A stretch of DNA of 64,000 nt from Bugula neritina (lineage: Eukaryota; Animalia; Bryozoa), in NCBI GenBank assembly GCA_964035545.1, contig OZ037771.1, positions 3,607,628 through 3,671,627 of the forward strand. The letters run 5' to 3'. A program made the position numbers and the translations under genes. The notes below the pieces were generated by a model that did no database searches, had not been told where the DNA came from, and was given only the letters and a program-made list of their open reading frames with translations. Below are positions 37,601 through 49,600 of this stretch, piece after piece. Positions within the stretch are counted from its first letter, which is position 1. Each line of letters begins with the position of its first letter.

Positions 37601-40064
37601 TTTGCAAAATTTGTTTTTTAATCAGAGAAAAGTTCGTTTTAATTAGACCTTATACTTTATAGTCTATGTTAATATCAATATATATTATTTGTAAGTTCAC
37701 AAATTTTCCTTTTCAGATAATGCTTTTCACTATTTTGGTTATATTGATTACTCTAATATGGAAAAGCAATCTGACTCTGAAGTTGGAAAGAAAGATGCTA
37801 AGTAAACACTATAAATTGCTCCAAGTTGCTAATTCTATTTATTATGCAAGTATTTATATGACGTGGAATCAACGTAGCACAGATACAATGCACATGGTGA
37901 TGATTTTTATTTATTTCATGAATGTACGAGCATCTTGAATCTCTTTCATAATCAACTATATTTAAGTACAGAATCTTTTCAAAAGATTGTTGCATTTTTG
38001 TTCAATAAAACGTTTGTTGCAGTCTATTAAATGTGTATATTATTTGCAGGCAAACAAGTATGAATTTTTTCAGGTTATTATCACACCTGTGACTACTTGA
38101 AGCTAATAAAAAATATCTAGGCTCGGCATCAACTAGAACTGCATGGGCTGATAGATAGGATTTCAGCAATTTCCAAGTATAATTTGGCTAAGAAGGTAAT
38201 TTGTAATAGTACCAATTATGCACATACTGTAAATTTGTAAAACGCACAAGTTCCACCATGTTTGAATAAATGGTGAGCACAACTCCCAATGATATTATTC
38301 TTGTAATGTTGGTGAAGCTAGGTACAATGCTTAGATTGCTTGCAATCTATAAATAATTATTATGAATACAGTCTTTTAAATTTTAAAGGCAACTATTGAA
38401 AAATAGTACTTTGCCCTTTTTCTCATAAGTTATTGTAAAATAATTTTCAAGTTGATTGAAAATTTTACATGTTTAAATTAATCATCAAGGCACTTAATTA
38501 CTGTAATATTTGATTTTTCCATTAAATTACTTGTGCCATTATTAGTTCTTACCTATGCCCTTTTAGCCTGTGCCAGTTTCATTAGACAGAGTGCATGATT
38601 ACCTATTTTGAATTGAAGTTTCCTACCTCCTTCGCAACATTCATGTTGGTCATCATTACAGTAAAATTTACAATAAATTTAGGTTGCCTACTTACTCTTT
38701 AAAATCGCCTCAAATAACTTTGTTATAGTCTTTGATTTAATTAAATGTTATGTATATACTAATTCATTGTTTGAACATATATACTAAAGGCAATTTTTCA
38801 TGCTTTTATCTAGATATACAGGTTGCACCTTTTTTTTGACAATGCAATTCTGTTTAATTGAACAAAAATCATCAAGTAATGGCATAGTGGTTAGTAGATC
38901 ATACATAAATTAAAAGTTTCGTACCCACTTTATAAAGCTTTATTGGATGAATAACTCCAAATTACTGCTAATTCTTTCTAGAATAATTCAGATTATACTT
39001 CATATTGTGTTTATTATAAAACAAGCAGTATGTACGTGTAGATTATATCCGTTCATGCATGTATGTCACGACACAGTGATTAACACATGCAATCAGTATA
39101 GTTGTGAACAAATTAATAGTTACTAGATAATTTTAGAGAAAAAAAGCTTGAATTTGGCGCAATTTATTTAACTCTGTGTGTATAATTGCTATTTATTTTT
39201 TAATTACTAAAATATTAAATTTGCGACTTGGAGCCAAAGTCACTGATAAAATTTAAAGAAGGTTAATTAAAATGACAGTATAACCTACATCAAATTAAAA
39301 TTATCTAACCATCCCAATAAATTTTATTCCTCAAATTATTCCAAGTTGCTGATTTTGCTCCAAGCAAGTAGTTTATATAATATAGAAATTTTATAGCTGG
39401 AATACTGTACACATGCATAATTAATGTTTTCATGGACATAGTTATGCATTTTGCACTTAGCTCTTTCAACCTATACAATTATAGCCTTTTCCAAAATATT
39501 CCTTTTGTGCCAGAAAATAGTTTGTTAAAACCTATTTTAATTATTAGTTTAATCTGTGCATATTTTATTATTTGTTGGCTAAAAATAATAATTTCCCTTA
39601 GGCCATTCTCACACCTGTGATTACTTGATAAGAAAATTACTCAGGCTCTGCATTAAGAAGAATCTATCTATACCTTGCTTTCATTGAATGTTAGGAGTTC
39701 AGCTATTTCCATGTACTTGGCTATTTAGGTAAATTTATGGTCATACCAATGAAGTTATCTGTAATTTACACACTGTATATGAGTGAATGCACAGGTGCCA
39801 CTATGTGAACTTATTGGTAGGTTGGTAAGCACAACTCTGATTTTTTGACGCTTGTAATGTTTGAAAGGAGTATTTAATACATCACCTCTTGCCTTATAAT
39901 AGTGACCAAACTTTTCAAAAAGTTTAAAGTTCTAGTTTATAAATAAAAATAAATAAGCTATGCACTAATAATGTTACATACAAAGTTAGGTCAAAATCTA
40001 CATTATATGAATAATTGTTTAAAAAGTGTAATATTTAGCCGTTTGAAGTAAGTTATTGAAATCA

Positions 40065-41270
40065 AACTGGAAGTTGCTTACCCATTTCCCCATTTTCTTG
40101 TTAGTCATTTTTATAGTAAAATGTACATGATTTAGAAGTTGCCCACCTATTTTTACAAGTTTCCAATTATTATTCATCTTTATAGAACAGTATGTATAAA
40201 GTTGAGGTCGCCAACCTATGAGCGGACATTATTGTTTATAATCATTATAGCAAAATGTAGGTGAAGTTGTCTACCTATGTTCCAACTGTTTTGCTAGTCA
40301 TCTTTTTAGTAAAACTAGCATAAATTCAAGCTTGCACACCCAATTCCAAACACTATTGTTGTAGTCATTTTTATAGTTAAATGTACACAAAATTTATATT
40401 AAATTGAAGGTACCCACCAATCTCTGAACAATCTTTTTTTATATTTATAGTGAAATGTAAAATAAGTAAAAATACCCACCAATATCTGAACAGTCTTGTT
40501 TGCCATCTTGATAGTGAAATATACATAAAGTTAAAGTTGCTTACCCATATTAAAAACATTCTTGCTAGTCATGTTTATAGTGAATTGTACATTAAATTGA
40601 AGCTACCCACCAAAATCTGAACAATCTTGTTTGCCATCTTTATAGTGAAATATACATAAAATTGAAGTTGTCCACCCATTTCTGAACACCATTATTTGTC
40701 ATCTAAATAGTGAAATGCACATAAAGTTGAAGTTGCCTACCCATTTTCCAACTTTCTGTTAGTCACTTTAATAGTGAAATGTAAATAAACCTGAAGTTGC
40801 CCACCCATTTCCTAATTTTATTGCTTGCCATCTAAATAGTGAAAGGTACATAAACTTGAAGTTGCCCACCCATTTTTCAATGGTCTGTTAGTTATTTTCA
40901 TAGTGAAATGTACATGAAATTGAAGTTGCCTACCCATTTAAATTTTTTTGCTAGTTGTTTATAGTGAAATGTACATAAAATTGAAGTTTTCCACTCATTT
41001 TCCAACTTTCCTGTTAGTCATTTTTATAGTAAAATCTTAGTAAAATTGAAGTTGCCCACCCATTTTAAGAACTGTCTTGTTTTCGATCTTTATAGCAAAA
41101 CTTATATAAACTTGAAGTTGTCACCTCTTTCTGATCTCCCTTGTTTGTCATTTTATAGTGAAATGCACATAAAGTCAAAGTTGCTTACCCATTTAGGAAT
41201 ATATCAAATTTTTTGTCATCTTTATAGAAAAATATACAAGAACTTGAATTTGCCCATCCATTTTCACAAC
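40065..41270. repeat. Diverged ~65-bp minisatellite array, about 18 units
   Basis: atagtgaaatgtacataaa.ttgaagttgcccacccat recurs, with atag at 40577, 40642, 40707, 40771, 40836, 40900, 40961, 41026, 41092, 41155 and 41224. One to two more units lie at ~38600-38695. Confidence 0.92.
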
Positions 41271-42034
41271 ATATTCTTAAACACTACTTCATTTTACCAC
41301 AGTTTATATACATTTACATTGAATGTTTTTTGTTTCTAGTCAGTATTCTTGTTGCTTTGTAGGTGGTCACCATCTTACTGTAAAGAGCAACAAGACCTTG
41401 AAGCTTTAAATATATATTTTGAGGAAAAGAATGAGCAGACTGAATTCACAGTCTTCAGAAGCCTATTCTGTAACATTCAGCTAGACCTCAATTTTAGATG
41501 AAGCTTAATAAAAAAAGCTAAAATAACTTTAAATCTCCAAAGCGTAAATAAAGCTCATTGCTAATGTTCAGTTTTGGATATAAAGGGATTAGTGTTCTAA
41601 AATGATAATTTGTATTATTCCGTTTACTTGCTTATATACAGAAAAGTATTTTTTGGTGACTTTACTAAATAGCTATGTTCTGAATCAACATTTGTAAATT
41701 AGCTTTACTTTTTTGGCTGCTTAAATTTTTTGTGTATTTCTTAGGACCTGTTGCTATTTATAATTTTTGCATCAGCTCCAATATGAATTTATTTATCTAC
41801 TTATTAGCCACATTTTTATTTATATGTAATTTATTTTAGGTCATTTCATTTGACAAATAAATCTTTATAATTATTAGGTTACACATGTTTTTTAGTAACA
41901 ATTATTTTTTGTAATTATTGCTCTTCACTTTTAAACAATAAAGTTATCAACACACGATATAAAACTTCCACTTGTATATATTATACTGCTATATATACTT
42001 TCATATAGCAATGGTTATGTAAACCTTGCCAAAT

Positions 42035-42536
42035 AATTATAACAACCTAAATTTGCAATGCTGCATAGAGTTTATGCAACATTATAATAACATTTTTGAA
42101 AAGTTGTTTATAGAACATTTGAGATAAAACAGCTAAATAACGTCTAAATTTCAACATCTAGATAACGGTTGTTTTGCAACATTATAAAAACGTTGCCGAA
42201 GCAATGTCATGGCAACGTTTGTATGAATTGTTTATGAAACGTTGGTAAAATGGTTTGCAGAAAACGTTGTTGCCTAAACGTTGTGCGAGACAAAGAGATA
42301 CATTCAAATTTAAACATTTAAGCAATGTTGGATCGCAACCTTTCACCAACGTTATATGGAAAACATCTACACAACGTTATGCAACGCAACGTTTATGAAA
42401 CGTTGGTAAAACGTTTTGCGATAAACGTTTGTTTCAAACGTTGTATATAGTACAAAAATGTGTTGACATTTAAACATTTAATAAACGTTTTGCCAAATGT
42501 TTATACAACGTCATATCAATGCAAATTGTTAGTGGG
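42035..42536. mobile_element. AACGTT-rich non-autonomous DNA element, possibly EnSpm/CACTA-like
   Basis: Dense aacgtt/caacg motifs and an internal duplication (aacgtttatgaaacgttggtaaaa). The right end is caatgcaaattgttagtggg, and a degenerate inverted match (aaatttgcaatg) lies near 42050. Confidence 0.5.
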
Positions 42537-42924
42537 AGCTATTAGTATAAGAGAATTATGCAAATATCAAAATCTTTAGTGTGCTTGATTAAACAGAAAT
42601 AATTGGAAATTATGATAGTAACTGAATTGAATATTAATCAATATCACAAGAGGGCAATGTATACTAGTTACGCTATCTCTTTTTACTCAAGCAACACCCC
42701 CTGCTGTTTAACTCTATCCCTCAAACACCTCCTATGGGTAGCCAGCTGTGCTTCTTCACCACAGAGTCTTCTCATTATTTTAGTATCTGAGTAGTCTTGT
42801 CATCTACCTTGGTGATTACTATCAACAGTTCAAGACAAAAGAAACACTACTAATCATATTAAAGTTGAAACTATAGCTAAAACTTAAACAATAGCCAGCT
42901 TAAACTGAACTTTTAAAGGAAGAC

Positions 42925-45773
42925 ATGCAGCTTCGTAATGTCGTTATCATATTTTTAGTCTTGTTTAGTTGCATAAGTGTACACGGCTTCATAGATGGAC
43001 TTTTTGAAAAATTGGATAAGTTCTGGAACCCTTGTAAATACTATGAATGTTGTGATGATAGATGGATTCAAGCAAGCGGTGTTAGTAAGTATTTAATGCA
43101 ATCTTAATATCATGATTCTTATAAAAATTGATTGCAATTATGCTAATTTTTGATGTTTTAAATGAAATTTTTGCTCAACTTAATTCAAGTGATTATAAAT
43201 ACTTATGACCTATTTTAAATTTCATTTGTTAACCCAAATACTTTTTCCTCCAATTTATTTTGCTCCCATATTACGTGGACTAAGAGAATAGATTGAAAAA
43301 AGACAATTTTTCCTGGTATTCTACTTTATGACACTTATAGGAAGCTTTAGGTCCAATGAACTTTTGGCAGTAAAAGAATTAGTAATTGTTTAGGGTACCC
43401 CCAAAGTGTTTTTCTAGACATTGACCACTGGCATAAGTTACAATTCATGCAGCTGTTATTTTAACATTTGTTTATTAAAAACATATGCAAATGCACTTTA
43501 GTAAATTTTGTATTTAATTACAGAAGTAAAGCAAGCACTGGAGACTAAACTGTTTGGACAACATTTGGCTGTAAATACAATAGTAAAATCTATAAATAGC
43601 CATCTCAAAGCTAATCAGAAAAAATCTCTTGTGATGTCTTTTCAAGGCGGCACAGGCACTGGAAAGACTTTTGCTGCTCAAACTATTGTTAAAAACCTGT
43701 ACAAAGAAAAACTGGAAAGCAAATATGTTCATTGGTTTAAGGCAACAGAGTTATTTACGAGAAAAGAGAAAATAAAAGATTACCAGGTTTGTGTGTTCTA
43801 GTAAAGAACAATTATGATACAAGACAATAGATCTTTTTTTCTGTCTTTATATAATTGGTGATAAACTTTTTCTTAAAAAATTTGTTGGGTGCAAAAGTAT
43901 AAGAAATTGTAGGATTTATATTCTAACATGAAAAATGACATAATTAAAACAAAATGAATAGTGATTGCAAATGATACTAAATTAATGCTTAAATTAATTA
44001 ACTTTTATTTTTAACCATTATTTGTGTTATTGTTTTTAACCATAATGTGTTATCTCGAATTTATTACTCATTAGTTTACTTATTTTCTAGGATCAGATCA
44101 GAGACTGGATTAAAGGGAATTTAACGCTATGTTCAAAGCAGATATTCATTTTGGATGAAGTTGAGAAGATGCCTGAAGAAGTTCTTGATGCACTGAAGCC
44201 GTTTGTAGACTTCGCGGAACCAGTGGGAGGTGTTGAGTACAGTAAGGCTATCTACATCCTGTTGGGGTAAGCTGCTGTAAAATAATTGCCTCCAATGGGA
44301 ATTGAACCCAAGTCCTCTGGCTTGCAAGCAAGTGTGCTATACCATTACACCACAGAGGCTACTGAGTAAACTCAACACTACAGCTGCCTACTGATTTTTA
44401 TTTACACTTTATTCAAATATACTTTGTTTTAGTTATCATGCAGGCTGATTAAAAGCTAGTATTTACTGTTTGTTTAAAAAGGCCAACTTTTAAGATATAA
44501 TCACCTTTGTTATGGCAAGTAAATATCTGCTTATTCCACTTTTCGACTTTAAGGTATTATAATAAGTTTGCTTTTTAAGATTTGGAAATACACATTTCAT
44601 GTTAAGTAGAAAAAAATTAAAGTAGCCTCATTGGTCTCATAGACCTACCTATAGCACCATGGCTTGTAAAATCTTATGCCCCCCCCCACAGGGAATCGAA
44701 CTACAGTCCTTTAACTTGCAAGCCCTAGGGTGCTAACCGTTACACTATATAGGAACTACTTATAGCGGCTATTATAGGGAGTTAAAAACATAACGATTAA
44801 AAAAAATGAGTAAAATTTCTCATTTTAGTATTTAAGTGACATGTATTTTATAAAGTAACATAAAAAATGTAATTGAAAAGTTTATGGAAAGTTTATATGT
44901 TTCTTTAATTATGTTATGTGCAAAATTTAGAACTGATCTCATATACTATTTTAATATAATCATTCTATAAAACACAGTGAACTAATGAAATTCCGATGAA
45001 AAAAATTCAATTAAGAAATTCCGATAGCTTACACGTATATTATTTTATGATATCTATAATCATAAAGATAGTATAATGTGGTAATACAAGGTGTGAATAT
45101 GTTTAGAAATGCCGGCAGCAGTTTTCTCAATAATAAAGCATTAGATCATTTTAACTCTGGAGGAAAACGAAGAGATATCACTTTGTCTGATACAGAAACC
45201 GAACTGTGGAAAATGGCTCACTATGAGCAAGGTTAGTTGTAGGCATTCAGTTCACAATTGATAAAGTTTGTATGTAAGATGAAATATTTCAAGCGTTTGC
45301 CACATTACAGCAGACCAGTCAAGTAGACTAACTGACATGTGTATCAGGCCTATGTATGGGTATTTGCAGTTTCTCAAAAAAACATGTGAAATCTAAAAAT
45401 AGGTAGCTATAAGTGAGTAAATACATACTTAAGTTTTAACTAACATTGATTGTTATATCATTTTAAAAAGATTCACACAGTACACTTTTGTTACTCAGGT
45501 GGTCTGAAAAACTCCAGTCTGATTACATCATATTTGATATCTGCACACGTTCCATTCCTACCTTTGGAGAGGGACCATGTTATAAGATGTATACGTGAGG
45601 AAATTACTTCAAGACACATTAAATCTGAAAAAATAATTGAAGAGGTAACTCAGCAAGTAATGAGTGAACTAACTTTCAAACCTTCTAAAGAGCAGCCAAT
45701 TTATTCCACTAGTGGATGTAAGCGAATATATGAGAAAGTTAATTTAGCTTTGGAAGATTTTGATATATATTAA
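42925..45773 (+). CDS. Torsin-family AAA+ ATPase, paralog 3
   Basis: Exons 42925-43084, 43524-43786, 44091-44266, 45107-45231, 45499-45773. Signal peptide, CKYYECC, GGTGTGKT, IFILDEVEK, GNAG, TSGCKRI. Confidence 0.93.
44276..44382 (-). mobile_element. tRNA-core TG...CA element (solo-LTR-like), 107 bp, 5-bp TSD
   Basis: gctgc|TGTAaaataattgcc...ctcaacacTACA|gctgc. The minus strand has an A box (tggtgtaatgg), a cttgcaa loop and a B box (ggttcaattcc). Torsin 1 shows the empty site gtaagctgccta. Confidence 0.78.
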
Positions 45774-46680
45774 TTTCCTTAAACATTTGTATACTAGATA
45801 TAATATAATATATTATAATATAATACATTATAATAATTATCTTGAAAGTTTGTATTAAATACTTTCTAGTTATAAAAGATTTATCTATTCAACATGTCTG
45901 AGATAGTTATGGAGAACTCTATAAAAAGTTATTCTATTACCAATATAAGTCATTTGATAGCCTGTAATTTATTATAATACTAGCTGTAACAATGTGCCTA
46001 TAGCTCAGTCCTGTGTGGTTTGAGATAATACCATATATTAGCCTCTACATTGCATCAATCAGCTAAACAAATACACTTTCAGTGACTGTGTATATGGCAT
46101 TGTTATTAAATGCTCAGAGCTTCTTAAGTTTATAAAAAACAACCAATAGTTCAGTCCTTGAGCTGTTCTTTATTTATTAACTTTGACAACATGTATTTTA
46201 TGTTATTTTTTAATTGCCTGGAGTTGAACAAAGGTGCAGTGTTTGTTCATATATGCATAGGTTTCACCTGACAGTATGCTTTTGCATAGCACATAAATTT
46301 TATTTGAATAAGATAGGATAACAACATCATTATTTAAATAGTTTAGAAGAAACGAGACTATATCATAGTTGAAACTGTACTCAGTCTATAAAAAATTGTA
46401 ACAATAATTTAAACCTGTAAGCTTGCGTAGTTTATCAATTGATCTCCCAAAGTGAATAATATCTATATTTTACACAACACAGTTACCAGTAAAACACACC
46501 AATGAAACAAACTACCATATCAGTTAACACCATCAACTATCTATTATCGTTTGCATTACAAAGGGCTGATGCAAAAAAGTTAGCCAATCAATTTGTAGTG
46601 CCAATCTGGTGAGCATGACCTGTGTGCATATGATCAGTCAGGTTACAGTCTACAGCTTGAGCAAAACCTTTAGTGAAAAC

Positions 46681-49600
46681 ATGAATCTTTGCTCTGTGCT
46701 CACCATAGTGTTATTCATGTGTAGTTGCCCAGGTGCACACGGCTTCACAGGTAAACTTGTTAAAGCATTGTCCTGGCTCCCTTGTAAATTCTATGAATGT
46801 TGTGATGACAGTTGGATTCAACCAAACGCTGCTAGTGAGTATTTAATTTAATTTACAATATTATTCTTTAAAAGTTTGATAATTATAATGCTAATTTTAG
46901 TTTGTAATTTACAATTTAAAGATACCTAGTATATATCTAGCCTACGAACTAAAAAAAATACATCATATCATATAGGTATAGCAAATTAACACAAATAGAA
47001 GATAGAACAATGTTGAGCAAGGTCTCAGCAAAAAACTTGTTTTATTAGGGATTTGCTAAAGGTTGGTTTAATAAAGCTCTCACTATTATTTAATTCTCAT
47101 ATAAATCTGAAACATCAAAGTGCATACAATATTTACAATAATAACTGGCTACAAAAGTACAACTTACATAATTTAAATGGTAGCGTATTTATTAAAAAAT
47201 TAACACATAGCATATAATACATATAATAAATGCAAATAATTTATTAAGTAGTAAAGTAACTAAGGGAATGTCACTTTTAAAAATATTATAATGTTTAATT
47301 TAAATAAAAACCAAAACAATATATGGCAGTACCTCTACTCTCTTGACAAGCTTGCTATGTTTTAGACTTGGTTATAGTTTTTCCTTTAAATTTTATCCAC
47401 TATGTAATTGAAACTAATATGTGTCACACAACTTAGGCTACATTAAGTAACTAATTTTGGGGAATGAAAAGCTGAAAAAGTTACCATCATATCAAAATAG
47501 CAAAAACACTATTTCGAAGACGTTTGTGAAATATATGCAGAAAGGTTTAGGGCTAGTTGACATCTATTCTGATATAAAAGCTTTAAAAAGCCATCTACAA
47601 ACTGAACTTTAGCATACATGCCGTTATGTAATGATCTATAATCAGAGTAAATAGTATTGGAGAAAAAGCACCCTTGACCAGTGCCTTAAGTTTTTAGGAG
47701 GTCCACTTCTCTGCTTACCAGACATCTCTATAATTAATTGGTGAGCAATATGAATGAGGGTGGACTGGATCAGCTACCTGTTGGAGGCCCTTGAAGAGTC
47801 TGCTTGTACAAACTTTGACAGTAACACTCAATGATGAAATGCCTCTGTATAGTTACTGCAAGCGCCTCTCTCAACCCTAGAGAATTTCTGAAAGCTGTTT
47901 CTAATATACAAAGTGGTAACTTTTTTGTGTTTGAACCCTGTAGAACAGATTGGAAAGACAGCCATGTATTCATCAAATAGTGTATAGCTGTTTGGCTAGG
48001 TTTAAGGCAGCTCTAGGAAGCTCTCTACGGTCCTGTCCAAAAAAGATATGACAAAAAATATAAATTGTGAAAAACCTATGTATTCCAAGACAAAATCTGA
48101 GATTTAATTTACGTTTATTTAATTTTTTTATAAACACTGACAATTGCTGTGAATATGATACTGCAAATGGTATTTCGAAGTTTACTGATTAATAACTCAA
48201 GTAGTCAACTAACTTTGTAATTAATTACAGATGTGAAACAGAGGCTGGAAGCTAACTTATTTGGACAACATTTGGCTATAAATACAATAGTAAAATCTAT
48301 AAATAGCCATTTCAAAACTAAATATCAGAAAAAGGCTCTAGTGATGTCTTTTCAAGGCGGCACAGGCACCGGAAAGACTTTTGCAGCTCAAACCATTCTC
48401 AGAAGCATGTACGCAAAACAGGATCAGAGTAAATTTGTTCATTGGTTTAGTGCAACAAAGCATTTTTCAAGAGATGACTTGAAAATAAAATATCAGGTTT
48501 GTGTGTTTTTATAAAACAATTATGATATAAAATGTAGGTATTCCGTTGTTGATGTAGTGGTTTACTTTGGTAGTGAAATTTTGTTTTTAATGGAAATCCA
48601 TTATTTAGCATGAAACTATTTAAAAAATGTAGGTTTTTTAGGTAAGAATAATTAATAACCAATGACTTAAAATTGATACTGAATTGTTTGCTTTACTGTT
48701 ATTTTGAATTCTATTGTTGATATAGTGGTTTACTTGACTGGTGAAACTTGTTTTTTTAATGAAAATCTATTATTTAGCATAAAACTATAAAAAATTTGTA
48801 GGTTTTTTAGGTAAAAAATAATAAATTAAGTTAAAAAACAATGGCCTAAAATTGATGCTGAGGTGTTTTGCTTCAGTTTTATTCTTCACATTTTTAGCTA
48901 CAAGTGAATTTTTTATTTTAGATTTATTACTCAAAATTTTACTTATTCTTTAGGATCAAATCAGAGACTGGATTGAAAGGAATTTAAGACTATGTCCATA
49001 TCAGTTATTCGTCTTTGATGAAGTTGAGAAAATGCCTGAAGGAGTTCTTGATGTACTGAAGCCGTTTGTAGATTTTGCGGTACCAACTGGAGGTGTTGAG
49101 TACAGGAAGGCTATCTACATCCTGTTGGGGTAAGCTGCTGTAAAATAATTGCCCCCAATGGGAATTGAACCCAAGTCCTCTGGCTTGCAAGCAAGTGTGC
49201 TACCATTACACCACAGAAGCTACTGAGTAAACTCAACACTACAGCTGCCTACTGATTTTTATTTACACTTTATTCAAATATACTTTAAGTATATTTAAAT
49301 AGAGGCTGATTAAAAGCTAGTATTCGATCGTTTATTATTTGTTTAGAAAGGCCAACTTTTAAGATATAATCACCTTTGTTATAGCAAGTAAATGTCTGTT
49401 TATTCCACTTTTCGACTTTAAGGTATTATAAGTTTGCTTTTTAAGATTTGGAAATACACATTTCATGTTAAGTAGAAAGAAGTTAAAGTAGTCTCATTGC
49501 TCTCATAGACTTGCCTATAGCACCATGGCTTGTAAAATTTTATGCCCCCACAAAGAATCAAACTACATTCCTTTAACTTGCAAGCCCTAAGGTGCTAACC

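Noticed and set aside
40065-41270. CRISPR-like repeat-spacer array, or a 21-aa coding repeat
   Set aside because: The context is eukaryotic with no cas genes, and the 'spacers' are homologous to each other. The modal period is 65 bp, not a multiple of 3, with stops and frameshifts.
44276-44765. The two same-orientation tRNA-core elements in intron 3 as the paired LTRs of one full-length TRIM
   Set aside because: The first element has its own TSD on both sides and the two differ considerably in sequence, so they are separate insertions.
31046-49190. Recurrent antisense ORFs (MKARELGF/MQARGLGF... and others) as a conserved small-protein family
   Set aside because: They are shadows of duplicated torsin exons plus the inserted tRNA-core element. 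The similarity follows from DNA duplication, and most start at non-ATG codons.
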